A stretch of DNA of 64,000 bases from an uncultured virus (IMG/VR IMGVR_UViG_3300046007_001549) (IMGVR_UViG_3300046007_001549); one strand, 5' to 3'. Positions 37,830-47,911 are shown, counted from the first letter of the stretch. The notes: generated by a model from the sequence alone, not told the origin. Translations and numbers: made by a program.

Positions 37830-38486
37830 ATGTACGAACATATTTCAGTTGAATTAATCGACAAGATGGGATCAGACAATACGGTTGTCGATGCTGCTAG
37901 AGTGTCGTTCAGCAAAGAAGCTGCCAACTACACAGAAGAGCAGAACACCAAGCTTATTAAATACTTGGCAAAGCATAATCACTGGAGTCCTTTCGCTCAT
38001 TGTACTCTTCAATTCAGAATTAAGGCTCCCATCTTTGTTGCCCGACAATTGCAGAAGCATCAGGTCGGGTTTGCTTGGAATGAGGTAAGCCGACGATATG
38101 TTGATTATGATCCCACCTTTTGGAATCCTAAAGGTAATTGGAGAAAGAAAGCTGACAACAAGAAGCAAGGATCTATGGATGATCTTGTCGATGATCCTTT
38201 GGAATCACAAGATGTTTTTGAGGATGCCATGCGATATTGTCTGCTTACTTATAATCTTATGCTTGCCAATGGTGTGTGCCCGGAGCAAGCTCGTTCTGTA
38301 TTGCCGCAGTCAATGATGACTGAGTGGTACTGGACGGGATCTCTGTACGGCTTTGCCCGTGTGTGCCAGCTGCGGCTTGATTCCCATGCCCAGAACGAAT
38401 GCCGACAGGTTGCCATGTGTCTCAATGAGGCATGCGCCGAAGCATTCCCGATATCTTGGAAGGCTCTCAATGGAACGCTGGCATGA
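37830..38486 (+). CDS. thyX: Flavin-dependent thymidylate synthase
   Basis: AARVS, HWSPF, ARQLQKH..NEVSRRY, EQARSVLP, HAQ.E. Confidence 0.95.
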   Translation: MYEHISVELIDKMGSDNTVVDAARVSFSKEAANYTEEQNTKLIKYLAKHNHWSPFAHCTLQFRIKAPIFVARQLQKHQVGFAWNEVSRRYVDYDPTFWNPKGNWRKKADNKKQGSMDDLVDDPLESQDVFEDAMRYCLLTYNLMLANGVCPEQARSVLPQSMMTEWYWTGSLYGFARVCQLRLDSHAQNECRQVAMCLNEACAEAFPISWKALNGTLA

Positions 38487-38817
38487 CTTGGCAAGACATA
38501 TCGCAACGACTGTCAACAGGGACAGAGCGCATGTGTCTCTCATTGTTAGAAAGAATCAGCTCATCGCGGTTGGTACAAACAACTGGAAGACACACCCTAA
38601 GACTGTTGAGTTTGGGTATATGTACCCTTACCTTCACTCCGAGCTTGATGCGTTTAGGAAGATTAAAGTACCACAAGATAAGCTCGTCCTTTACAACTAC
38701 CGCTTCAGCAAGACGGGAAAGCTAGGGATGTCTAAGCCATGTAAGTTCTGCATGCCTTGGTGTTCTCATGTGTTTGATAGAATTGTTTATTCTAACGAAG
38801 AAGGTAAGATTGTATGA
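38470..38817 (+). CDS. Cytidine/dCMP deaminase-like zinc protein
   Basis: HSE..SKPCKFC motif; start at ATG 38470. Confidence 0.8.
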   Translation: MERWHDLARHIATTVNRDRAHVSLIVRKNQLIAVGTNNWKTHPKTVEFGYMYPYLHSELDAFRKIKVPQDKLVLYNYRFSKTGKLGMSKPCKFCMPWCSHVFDRIVYSNEEGKIV

Positions 38818-38987
38818 GTGACGATCCTTTATCTCAGGTTGTTCAAGAATTAGAGTGGGTGGTTAAGGAAAGAGATGATGCTCGTCGTGAACTGGTGGCC
38901 TATGACGCTATTCATGGTAGACTTTCTATCCCCGATGCAGCAAGAGCAAGAGGATGGGGTTACTTACTTAAGGACAACACCATATGA
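38814..38987 (+). CDS. 57-aa hypothetical protein (not in track)
   Basis: ATGA coupling at both ends; ERDDARRE motif. Confidence 0.55.
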   Translation: MSDDPLSQVVQELEWVVKERDDARRELVAYDAIHGRLSIPDAARARGWGYLLKDNTI

Positions 38988-39208
38988 AAACTAAAACACT
39001 AATTGAACTTGAAGAAATGGTTTACGATCTTGCTGCGATGAGTCATAAGATCGGTCGCATCGAAACTGATGGCACATCGACGCAAGCAAAGTATGACAAA
39101 CTTGTTAATGACCGCGACTCATTAAGGAATGAGATCGCTGGTGTGTTCAGAAACCTAAAGAATCCCTACTCAACCGAACTTGGTTGGGGTAAAGGAAAGG
39201 ATGAATAA
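38984..39208 (+). CDS. Hypothetical coiled-coil protein
   Basis: SD AAGGA. Confidence 0.65.
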   Translation: MKTKTLIELEEMVYDLAAMSHKIGRIETDGTSTQAKYDKLVNDRDSLRNEIAGVFRNLKNPYSTELGWGKGKDE

Positions 39209-39507
39209 TGGAAACTAGAGAAACGAATGAGTGGTTGAAGATGAACTTTCCTGTTGGTGCTGGTCCCGAGATTACTGTTGGGCATGACTTACTTCCATCA
39301 GATAGATACTACATGGAAGTAGACTTCTCCTCAGAGAACGATTATGCATACTGTATGATCTACGAGTCGATGAATTCTGACGGCTTACGCACTAGCCAAG
39401 ATGAGCCTGTGGTTGCATTCACTTTATCTCAGGATCTTCTCCTGACTATGGTGCGTACAATCAATGCGATCAAGCCACGACATCTACACCGCTTTGAGGA
39501 AATTTAA
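39208..39507 (+). CDS. Hypothetical protein
   Basis: TAATG coupling. Confidence 0.65.
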   Translation: METRETNEWLKMNFPVGAGPEITVGHDLLPSDRYYMEVDFSSENDYAYCMIYESMNSDGLRTSQDEPVVAFTLSQDLLLTMVRTINAIKPRHLHRFEEI

Positions 39508-39510
39508 TGA

Positions 39511-41229
39511 ATGAGTTTATTTCAAAAGAAAACGGAATGTCCGCGCTGCGTAGGTAAAGGTGAGGATCGTAGCGGTGATAATCTTGCCGTATACGACGAT
39601 CATGTTTACTGTTTCAAGTGTGGATACCACCGTAATACAAAAGGAAAAGAGATGACTGATGTTATGGAAACGACACCTAAAGAATTTAAGGTTATCACTG
39701 GCTCTTACATTGATCTTGAGGATCGTGGTATTACGGAGAAGACTTGCCGACTGTATGGCTATCAGGTAGCCAAGGTCAACGGCAAGGAAGTACATGTCGC
39801 TAACTACTACCAGAATGGTGAGATGATCGGCCAGCATCTGCGTGGACCTAACAAGCAATTTGCTTGGCGTGGTTCTGCTAAGGGTGCTGAACTGTATGGT
39901 CAGAACCTATGGAAGACAGGGGGCAAGCGACTTGTAATTACTGAGGGTGAGATTGACTGCATGACTGTCAATCAGGTACTTGGTGGTACATGGCCCGTAG
40001 TTTCCATTCCCAATGGAGCGCAGTCTGCTGCTAAATCTATTCGTGATAACCTTGAGTTCATCACTTCATATGCAGAGGTTGTCCTTTGCTTTGATATGGA
40101 TGAGCCGGGTATCAAGGCGGCTAATGAGGTGGCTGAACTGTTGCCTCCGGGTAAGTGCAAGATTGCCAAGCTTCCCTATAAGGATGCTAATGAGTGTCTT
40201 GTCAATGCCCAGACTAAGCAGCTTGTGTCTGCTATCTGGGAAGCCCATCAGTATTCCCCCGATGAGATCCTGCATATCTCTAAGATCGTGGATACTTCTG
40301 AGACAATCACAGCATCTAAAGTTTACCCCTTCCCATATGATGGACTATCCGAGTTCCTCATTGGGCAGCGTGGTGGTGAGATTACCCTATGGGCATCAGG
40401 TACAGGCTCAGGCAAGTCTACTATCTTGCGTGAGCTGATGATGCACCATCTATCAGAGGGTCGCAGCGTAGGCTGCATCATGCTTGAGGAGTCTCCGCAA
40501 GAGACTATGGATGACATGATTAGTCTTATGCTTAACAAGCCAGTCCGTGCTATTCGTGCCTGCCGCATGATGAATGAACTGCGAGTACAGATGGGTAAGA
40601 ACCCAATCAATATGCAGATGATTGATGATCTTACTGATGACGAGTACTACACTGCTAAGCGTAAGCTGAGTGAGACTAGCTTCTATATCTACGACCACCT
40701 TGGCAACAACGCAATGCAGAATCTACTTGCTCGTATGGAGTTCATGGCTGTATCGCTTGGTGTTCAGGTCATTGTACTAGATCATATCACGGCAGCTGCT
40801 GCTGGTCTGATGGGTATGCATGACAAGGATGTAGAGGGTGGCGGTTCAGAGCGTATCATTATTGATACACTTATGAAGGAACTACGCGCCTTGGCTGTCC
40901 GAACTGGTGTGCATATTGACATTGTATCTCAGCTCAAGAAGTCTGAGAAAGCCTATGAGGAAGGTGATCGTATCACGCTGCAAGATCTTCGTGGATCAGG
41001 TGCGCTTGCTAGTGTACCTAACACAGTGGTTGCACTAGAGCGTGACAGACAGAATGCTGATGACAAAATTGCTAATACTACTATTGTGCGTGTACTTAAG
41101 AATCGACTGACAGGTAGAGCAGGCATTGCTGCTACCTTATTCTATGACCATACTACAGGTCGCCTCAAAGAGATCGGCTTTGCCGTTGCTGAGGATGGCT
41201 CGTTAGTATTTGAACCAGAGGAGAACTAA
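39511..41229 (+). CDS. Primase-helicase (gp4-like)
   Basis: CPRC..YCFKC zinc finger, ITEGEID TOPRIM, FDMDEPG, KDANE, GTGSGKST, LDH, DLRGSG. Confidence 0.97.
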   Translation: MSLFQKKTECPRCVGKGEDRSGDNLAVYDDHVYCFKCGYHRNTKGKEMTDVMETTPKEFKVITGSYIDLEDRGITEKTCRLYGYQVAKVNGKEVHVANYYQNGEMIGQHLRGPNKQFAWRGSAKGAELYGQNLWKTGGKRLVITEGEIDCMTVNQVLGGTWPVVSIPNGAQSAAKSIRDNLEFITSYAEVVLCFDMDEPGIKAANEVAELLPPGKCKIAKLPYKDANECLVNAQTKQLVSAIWEAHQYSPDEILHISKIVDTSETITASKVYPFPYDGLSEFLIGQRGGEITLWASGTGSGKSTILRELMMHHLSEGRSVGCIMLEESPQETMDDMISLMLNKPVRAIRACRMMNELRVQMGKNPINMQMIDDLTDDEYYTAKRKLSETSFYIYDHLGNNAMQNLLARMEFMAVSLGVQVIVLDHITAAAAGLMGMHDKDVEGGGSERIIIDTLMKELRALAVRTGVHIDIVSQLKKSEKAYEEGDRITLQDLRGSGALASVPNTVVALERDRQNADDKIANTTIVRVLKNRLTGRAGIAATLFYDHTTGRLKEIGFAVAEDGSLVFEPEEN

Positions 41230-42921
41230 ATGAAAGTATGCGTCCTTGACATCGAAGGTAACGGATTAGGTGAGCTTGTTCTTGATAGCAAGGGCAAGCC
41301 ATATACAGAAGCTACAAGAGTTTTATGTGCCGCAACGAAGGTCAATGACGAGGAACCCATCCTTTGGTTAGAACACCAGATGAAAGATCTGGTCAAGTAC
41401 CTTAGTGAGATGCCCGTAATTATCGGGCACAATATCTGGGGCTACGATTTTCCCGTAATGCGTAGACTGTACGGGATGGCGCGACCGAAATGCATTGTTG
41501 ATACTTTAGTTATCAGCAAGTTAATGTATCCAGATATCAACAATCATCCTATTGGTGATAACTCGCTGGAGTCTTGGGGCAAACACTTAAAGTTTCCCAA
41601 GATGGATTACACTGGAGGCTGGCAGCAATACTCAGATGAGATGGGTACTTACTGTTTGCAAGATGCCCGCTTAGGCATGGCTATCTATCAAGCACAGAAG
41701 TCATTCATCACTAAGAACAAGGAGCTTGTTCGGTTTGAGAGTAGTGTGTCTGAGGTTTTAATGGAGCAAGTCGAACATGGATTTAATTATGACCGCGATG
41801 CTGGAGATCGGTTGTATCAAACACTTATGCTTGAGAAGCTTGGTATCGAAGATGAAATGCGTCAGATCTTTCCTGACCGTATCATCATCCGACACTCAGA
41901 GAAGACAGGCAAGAGGCTGAAGGACAAGATCGAAACCTTCAATCCCGGTAGCCGACAGCAGATTGCTGCTCGTCTAACTGATAAGTATGGGTGGAAGCCA
42001 CCGCTAACTGACAAGGGTAATCCAAAGGTAGACGAAGCAGTGCTTGCTACTCTTGAATACCCCGAAGCAAAGAAGCTGACTGAGTACTTTAACACGGTCA
42101 AGCTTATGGGTATGGTTGAGGATTGGAACACCAGAGCAAACAGCAGTAGAGATACCCGTATCCACGGTAACATCAATGCACAAGGTGCTGCTACTGGTCG
42201 TTGCACACACAGCCAACCTAACATTGCACAGGTTAGTGGTGATCATCGTGCAAGAGAACTGTGGGTTGCAGACCCCGGTGATGTAGTTGTAGGTGCAGAC
42301 TTGTCTGGCCTTGAACTGCGTATGCTTGCTCACTTCATGGCGAAGTACGACAATGGTGAATATGCAAAGGTTCTACTAACTGGAGACATTCACACCCACA
42401 ATCAGCATGCTGCTGGTTTGTCTAGTCGTTCCTTAGCCAAGTCATTTATCTATGCTTATCTCTACGGTGCTGGTGATAAGAAGATTGCTTTGGTTTGTGA
42501 CTGCTCTGTACCTGATGCGCGTAAGTTACGCGAACGGTTTCAGAAAGAAATTCCTGCACTTGCTAAGGTTCAGGATGTGGTTCGGTTTGAAACTATCAAG
42601 ACAGGTAAGGTACGACTGCCTGATGGTAGGCAGGTTCCGGTACGCAGCGAACACGCGGCCCTTAACACCCTGCTGCAAGGCTCAGGAGCCATCGTAAGTA
42701 AGTACTGGATGGTAGAGGCCAGCAAGGAAGCGATGCGCCACAGGGCACACCAGCTGGCCTATATCCACGACGAACTACAATACTCTTGTCCTAAGTCTTG
42801 TGCCGACGATTTCGGCAAGGCTGTTACTGCTGCTGCAACCAAGGCAGGAGAGTTACTTAATCTAAACATTCGTATTGATGCCGAGTATCGTGTCGGCAAT
42901 ACTTGGGCAGAAACCCATTAA
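41230..42921 (+). CDS. Family A DNA polymerase (gp5-like)
   Basis: LDIE, GHNIWGYD, TGR..H..PN, DLSGLELR, DIH, AKSFIYAYLYG, LNTLLQ, IHDE. Confidence 0.97.
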   Translation: MKVCVLDIEGNGLGELVLDSKGKPYTEATRVLCAATKVNDEEPILWLEHQMKDLVKYLSEMPVIIGHNIWGYDFPVMRRLYGMARPKCIVDTLVISKLMYPDINNHPIGDNSLESWGKHLKFPKMDYTGGWQQYSDEMGTYCLQDARLGMAIYQAQKSFITKNKELVRFESSVSEVLMEQVEHGFNYDRDAGDRLYQTLMLEKLGIEDEMRQIFPDRIIIRHSEKTGKRLKDKIETFNPGSRQQIAARLTDKYGWKPPLTDKGNPKVDEAVLATLEYPEAKKLTEYFNTVKLMGMVEDWNTRANSSRDTRIHGNINAQGAATGRCTHSQPNIAQVSGDHRARELWVADPGDVVVGADLSGLELRMLAHFMAKYDNGEYAKVLLTGDIHTHNQHAAGLSSRSLAKSFIYAYLYGAGDKKIALVCDCSVPDARKLRERFQKEIPALAKVQDVVRFETIKTGKVRLPDGRQVPVRSEHAALNTLLQGSGAIVSKYWMVEASKEAMRHRAHQLAYIHDELQYSCPKSCADDFGKAVTAAATKAGELLNLNIRIDAEYRVGNTWAETH

Positions 42922-42930
42922 GGAGTTACA

Positions 42931-43263
42931 ATGGAAGGACTAACGATTTATATTGCAGGCCCGATGCGAGGATATCCAAGCCACAACTTTCCTGCATTCT
43001 ATAATGCGGAACAGAAGTGGCTAAAGAATCCAATGGTCAAGCGTATCTTTAATCCAGCAAGGATGGATGAGGATGAGGGCTTTGATCCTAGCACGGCTGA
43101 AGATTCAAAGGATCATCTCCGCTCATGCATGGAAAGAGACATCAACGCAATACTGGCATCGGACGCTTTAGTTATGCTTCATGGATGGGAACATTCAGAA
43201 GGTGCAAGAGTTGAACATTCACTCGCAACCTATCTAAAGATGCCTATCTATTATGAAAGTTAA
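42931..43263 (+). CDS. DUF4406/nucleoside deoxyribosyltransferase-like protein
   Basis: IYIAGPMRG, FNPA, GWEHSEGARVE. Confidence 0.85.
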   Translation: MEGLTIYIAGPMRGYPSHNFPAFYNAEQKWLKNPMVKRIFNPARMDEDEGFDPSTAEDSKDHLRSCMERDINAILASDALVMLHGWEHSEGARVEHSLATYLKMPIYYES

Positions 43264-43756
43264 GGCTGAGATTGCGTTCTACGATTTCAAGCCGCTCCAG
43301 AAAAAATGGTATTACATCGTTCGTTTACTTTCTTGGAGCCGTCATACTCATGCTCATATTGAGTTCAATATAAATAAACCATTTGCTTTTATTGTTACTC
43401 ACAACAATCCCATACGCGCCCTAAAGTTGGAGCTACTACTACAGATGGGAGTGAAGAAGTATTACTCTTATGATTTAGGCGAACTGGATATGAATGAACT
43501 TGATATTTCCTACGCCAGTAATTATGAGAAGCCTAATATTTGGAAGATGATTGCTTATCAAATTGGTGGTAAGTTTCTTGGAATGAAACAACCAGCCAGC
43601 TGTATCACTTTCATCTGTGATTACTTACGATTCAAAGGTTGGGAAACTCCTTACCTTTTTACACCTAAAGAACTATGGGAGATTCTACATGATAGTAATA
43701 ATGTTAGGTGGTCCCGCCCGTGTGGGAAAGACAACACTAGCAAAGTGGTTAAGTGA
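43253..43756 (+). CDS. Permuted papain-like (NlpC/P60) peptidase/amidase, putative
   Basis: N-terminal HTHAHIEF, later SCITFI and TPKEL, i.e. His-before-Cys order. Confidence 0.55.
   Translation: MKVKAEIAFYDFKPLQKKWYYIVRLLSWSRHTHAHIEFNINKPFAFIVTHNNPIRALKLELLLQMGVKKYYSYDLGELDMNELDISYASNYEKPNIWKMIAYQIGGKFLGMKQPASCITFICDYLRFKGWETPYLFTPKELWEILHDSNNVRWSRPCGKDNTSKVVK
43419..43442 (+). promoter_or_regulatory. Candidate phage RNAP promoter, copy 4 (intragenic)
   Basis: CCCTAAAGTTGGAGCTACTACTAC. Confidence 0.45.
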
Positions 43757-44441
43757 GTATGCCTATAACAACGGCTACACCCCAATCCTATTGCCGTTTG
43801 CTCAGGCTTTAAAGGATGAGGCAAAAGAAAAAGGATACACTAAAGAAAAGAATGCGGAAGAGTATCGCTTGTTTTGCCAAACCCTAGGCTCATCCATGCG
43901 AGAGCAGGATGAAGACTATTGGGTAAAGAAGTTTAGAGATAAGGTCAAGTTCATCTACGAGCAGGAACAGAAAGCACTAAAGACTGATCCAACTACATGG
44001 CACGAAAAGGTTATCATTGTTGATGACTGTCGTTACATGAATGAGATCGCCTGCGCCCGTGACTTACGGGCATTGACTGTGTTCATTAGTGCATCAGGTC
44101 GTGAACTAGAAGACCACGATGCTGAGTGGAGGCAGCATGAATCCGAAGAGCTAGCCAACAAGATTGAGGCTGGCGATAAGGATTATAATGAAGTGTTCCA
44201 CTATGTGATTAAGAATGAAGGTACTCTTGAGGAATACAAAACAAAGTGTACTAATAGATTTGAAGAGTGGTTCCATATAACTGCTGAATCCCTTCTTGAT
44301 ACTCTATGTACATGTGAGCTTTGTACTTCATCTAGAGATGACCGAGAGCCAGACCCAGAGACTATCATCAAACAGATTATTGACATGATTATTAACCAAG
44401 GAGATGATAATGACAACACTAAGCAGCACAAAAAGACCTGA
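43689..44441 (+). CDS. Deoxynucleoside monophosphate kinase-like protein
   Basis: GGPARVGKTT, FAQALK, R..CQTLG..R, DDCRYMNE, HESE. Confidence 0.85.
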   Translation: MIVIMLGGPARVGKTTLAKWLSEYAYNNGYTPILLPFAQALKDEAKEKGYTKEKNAEEYRLFCQTLGSSMREQDEDYWVKKFRDKVKFIYEQEQKALKTDPTTWHEKVIIVDDCRYMNEIACARDLRALTVFISASGRELEDHDAEWRQHESEELANKIEAGDKDYNEVFHYVIKNEGTLEEYKTKCTNRFEEWFHITAESLLDTLCTCELCTSSRDDREPDPETIIKQIIDMIINQGDDNDNTKQHKKT

Positions 44442-45198
44442 GACTGCAATCCTAGACGGAGATATTATTTGTTATCGTGCTGCTTTCTGGGCCGATCAAG
44501 AGGGAGTGGATGAGTTACCCATGCGTATTGAGCATGACATTCAGGCATGGACACCAGTAGGTGTTAAGAAAGTGTTCATTGCTATGTCTTGTTCCCGTAA
44601 GGATAACTTCCGCAGGACATTCTGGGAATCTTATAAGGCCCACCGGGATGTTAAGAAGCAGACTCCAGACTGCATGGACTACGCCCTAGAGCTTATTAGG
44701 AAGCATGATATCGTGGAGATCCCTACCCTAGAGGCGGATGATATCATGGGTATGGGGGCTTCCTCCGGTAAGTCTTTGGCTGTAACCATCGACAAGGATC
44801 TACGGTCTGTCCCCGGATGGCATTGGAACCCCGATAAGGAAGCCGACCCTACCTTTGTGGATGACTATACGGCGGATCTAAACTTCCATAAGCAATGGAT
44901 TACCGGGGATACGACCGATAATATCCCCGGTATCTGGAAGTGGGGGCCAGCCAAGGCGGATAAATGGCTAAAGCATATACCCCAATACAACTGGACGGCT
45001 GCTGTTTTGGCAGCTTATGACCAAGCTAAGCCCCAAGATGGTAGTAAGTACGACTACGAGTACTGCTTAGCTATGGCTAGATGTGTGCGTATTCTACGCC
45101 ACAATGAGTTCGATAAGAAAACTAAAACAGTTCGACTATTCAGCCCAATAGTTGGAGCTACTAAGACTGATAACCAAGGAGATACTAATGGAGACTAA
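44410..45198 (+). CDS. 5'-3' exonuclease (gp6-like)
   Basis: LDGDI, YKAHR, LEADD, IDKDL, GDTTDNIPG. Confidence 0.95.
   Translation: MTTLSSTKRPETAILDGDIICYRAAFWADQEGVDELPMRIEHDIQAWTPVGVKKVFIAMSCSRKDNFRRTFWESYKAHRDVKKQTPDCMDYALELIRKHDIVEIPTLEADDIMGMGASSGKSLAVTIDKDLRSVPGWHWNPDKEADPTFVDDYTADLNFHKQWITGDTTDNIPGIWKWGPAKADKWLKHIPQYNWTAAVLAAYDQAKPQDGSKYDYEYCLAMARCVRILRHNEFDKKTKTVRLFSPIVGATKTDNQGDTNGD
45144..45167 (+). promoter_or_regulatory. Candidate phage RNAP promoter, copy 5
   Basis: CCCAATAGTTGGAGCTACTAAGAC just upstream of the dUTPase SD. Confidence 0.65.
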
Positions 45199-45700
45199 TG
45201 TTACTTGCTATGATGCTGAGTCAGGAACCTATACTGATCCTAATCAATACAATATTCAATCCTATAACCACAGCCCACAGGGTATACCTATGGTATCCCA
45301 TGATCCCCGCTGTAAACCAGAGTACAAGACTACTGGTGCTGCGGGTGCTGATCTAAAGGTGGCTTGTGATGTACTGCTAAGTGCCAAAAGTGTCCACTTA
45401 GTTTCGACAGGAATTAGTATTGCCATTCCTTCTGGTTATGTTGGTCTTGTCTTTCCACGATCCGGCTTGGCAAACAAGGGTGTTACCTTAAGTAACTCCG
45501 TTGGTGTCATTGACTCTGATTACCGTGGTGAGATTCTTGTATCACTTGTCAACAATAGTGCTATGACTGTCGCTCTAAATAAGGGTGATCGTGTTGCACA
45601 GATTGTGTTTATTCCAGTAACTCAGTTCCCTTTCATCTCTGTCGATAAACTCCCAGAGACTACAAGAGGAACTGGTGGTTTTGGAAGTACAGGTTTATAA
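45188..45700 (+). CDS. dut: dUTPase
   Basis: AGADL, PRSGL, GVIDSDYRGE, RVAQ, RGTGGFGSTG. Confidence 0.97.
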   Translation: METNVTCYDAESGTYTDPNQYNIQSYNHSPQGIPMVSHDPRCKPEYKTTGAAGADLKVACDVLLSAKSVHLVSTGISIAIPSGYVGLVFPRSGLANKGVTLSNSVGVIDSDYRGEILVSLVNNSAMTVALNKGDRVAQIVFIPVTQFPFISVDKLPETTRGTGGFGSTGL

Positions 45701-45727
45701 GAATCTAGCCGTTTAAGAAGGACAGAT

Positions 45728-47608
45728 ATGGATACATTCCAACAATTCATTGCAGTCAGCCGATATAGTCGCTGGCTACCAGAATCAAATAGACGAGAGA
45801 CTTGGGACGAGACAGTAGATCGGTGGTGGAACTACTTCACTACGAAGGTTCCCTTCCTATCAGAGCGCCCAGACATTCGGGATGCAATTCTAAATCTAGA
45901 AGTGCTGCCTAGTATGCGTGGTCTTATGACCGCAGGGCCAGCTCTTGATAGAGATCATACTGCTCTGTACAATTGCTCTTATCTGGAGATTGATTCAATC
46001 CAATCATTCTCCAACCTAATGTATATTCTAATGTGCGGTACAGGTGTAGGCTATAGTGTCGAACGCCGCTGCACAGATAAGTTATCTACTATCCCAACAA
46101 TCAACAAGCAGTTTGATACTGTGATGTATGTTGAGGATAGCCGTGAGGGATGGTGCGATGCGCTTTATCAGCTCATCGACAACCTCTACAAGGGTAATCA
46201 TTATAAGTGGGACACAAGTAAGGTGCGTAAGTCTGGCGAAAGACTTAAGACATTCGGTGGTCGTGCAAGCGGCCCCGCTCCACTTGAAGAAGTGTTCCGC
46301 TTTGTTACTCAGACATTTTACAAGGCACAAGGCAGGAGACTATCTCCGCTAGAGTGCCACGATATCTGCTGCAAGATTGCACAGTCAGTCATTGTGGGTG
46401 GTGTACGCCGCTCTGCCATGATTAGCCTAAGTGATCTAGCCGACAGAGAGATGGCTACTTGCAAGAGTGGTGCGTGGTGGGAACAATCAAACCACCGCGC
46501 TTTAGCGAACAACTCAGCTGTCTACAATGGTAGACCATGCATGGGTCAGTTCCTAGAAGAATGGACAGACTTGTTCAACTCACACAGTGGAGAGCGTGGT
46601 ATCTGCAATAGAGATGCCATGAAGGAGATTGCAAAGAAGGCAGAGCGAGATCCTGATATCATGTATGGCACAAACCCATGCAGTGAAATCATCCTACGCC
46701 CCAATCAATTCTGTAATCTATCTACTGTTGTTGTCCGCGCAAGCGATACACCAGAGACTCTTGCTAAAAAGATTGAGATGGCAACAATCATTGGTACAGT
46801 ACAAAGCATGTTCACTCACTACCCCTATCTGTCGAAGATGGATAGTTCGTGGGAGAAGAACTGCACAGAGGAACGACTCCTTGGTGTATCAATGACAGGT
46901 ATCTTTGACAACAAGCTTATGTCTGGTCTACTAGGCCACGGCAAACTAAAGCATGTTCTCAGTAACCTGAAAGAAACAGCCATCAAGACAAACCTTGATT
47001 GGGCTAAGAAGCTTGGCATTAATCCAAGTAAGTCAATCACTTGTATCAAGCCAGAAGGAACTACTTCATGCTTGGCTAACTCAGCTAGTGGGCTTCATCC
47101 ACGATACTCTGACTATTACTATCGTCGGGTTCGTATTGACAAAAAAGATCCACTATATACAATGATGCGAGATGCTCAGGTTCCAGTAGAAGATTGCGTA
47201 ATGAATTCCGCATCGACTGCTGTGTTCACCTTTGTTCAACGATCCCCTGCAGGATCGCTAACCCAAGACGAGCTGCTTGCTATTGACCATCTTGATTTAT
47301 GGCTTGCTTATCAAGAATACTACTGTCAGCATAAGCCAAGCATTACTGTCAATTACTCAGATAATGAGTTCCTTCCAATCGGTCAATGGGTTTGGGATAA
47401 CTTTGATAAGATCTCAGGCATCTCATTCCTACCTAAGTCTGATCATGTATATGCTCAGGCTCCGTTTGAAAGAATTGACGAAACTACTTTTAAAGCATAC
47501 ACCCATGTTGATGTTGACTTTAATCTTTTATCTCTATACGAGAAAGAAGATATGACAACCAGCTCACATGAGATGGCTTGCACTGCTGGAGGATGTGAAA
47601 TCAAATGA
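45728..47608 (+). CDS. nrdJ: Class II (B12-dependent) ribonucleotide reductase
   Basis: LPSMR, YNC, GTGVG, GGVRRSA, TNPCSEI, FCNL, KPEGT, C-terminal CTAGGC. Confidence 0.95.
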   Translation: MDTFQQFIAVSRYSRWLPESNRRETWDETVDRWWNYFTTKVPFLSERPDIRDAILNLEVLPSMRGLMTAGPALDRDHTALYNCSYLEIDSIQSFSNLMYILMCGTGVGYSVERRCTDKLSTIPTINKQFDTVMYVEDSREGWCDALYQLIDNLYKGNHYKWDTSKVRKSGERLKTFGGRASGPAPLEEVFRFVTQTFYKAQGRRLSPLECHDICCKIAQSVIVGGVRRSAMISLSDLADREMATCKSGAWWEQSNHRALANNSAVYNGRPCMGQFLEEWTDLFNSHSGERGICNRDAMKEIAKKAERDPDIMYGTNPCSEIILRPNQFCNLSTVVVRASDTPETLAKKIEMATIIGTVQSMFTHYPYLSKMDSSWEKNCTEERLLGVSMTGIFDNKLMSGLLGHGKLKHVLSNLKETAIKTNLDWAKKLGINPSKSITCIKPEGTTSCLANSASGLHPRYSDYYYRRVRIDKKDPLYTMMRDAQVPVEDCVMNSASTAVFTFVQRSPAGSLTQDELLAIDHLDLWLAYQEYYCQHKPSITVNYSDNEFLPIGQWVWDNFDKISGISFLPKSDHVYAQAPFERIDETTFKAYTHVDVDFNLLSLYEKEDMTTSSHEMACTAGGCEIK

Positions 47609-47799
47609 CAAAAGATACTGCTAAAGCAAAGCTTGAATATCCAACGGGGTTATCCCCCTTGGATATCAAGCTGCTGCTGAAAGATTTATACAATGAAATC
47701 GAACAACTCAAGATTGAAATCCGAAAACTTTCCTCGGATAGACCCAAAGTTGGTAGACCTTCTAGAGAGAATATACCCCCCTCTGGACTACAACCCTGA
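47605..47799 (+). CDS. Hypothetical coiled-coil protein
   Basis: ATGA coupling to nrdJ; overlaps the next ORF. Confidence 0.5.
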   Translation: MTKDTAKAKLEYPTGLSPLDIKLLLKDLYNEIEQLKIEIRKLSSDRPKVGRPSRENIPPSGLQP

Positions 47800-47911
47800 T
47801 ATTTCTTCTGAAGCTTTTGCACGACAAGCTGCCTTCAGAGCAGGCCAACTAGAGGTCGTTAGAAAACTAAAGGCTGTCGTACAAAGACAGAAGGAGGAAC
47901 TATATGGGTAG
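47693..47911 (+). CDS. Conserved small protein preceding the structural module
   Basis: P.ID..L...L...YP..AGQ..VV..L pattern typical of T7-like phages. Confidence 0.65.
   Translation: MKSNNSRLKSENFPRIDPKLVDLLERIYPPLDYNPDISSEAFARQAAFRAGQLEVVRKLKAVVQRQKEELYG

Noticed and set aside
47742..47760. Sixth promoter copy (CCCAAAGTTGGTAGAC)
   Set aside because: Lacks the RGCTA half of the motif
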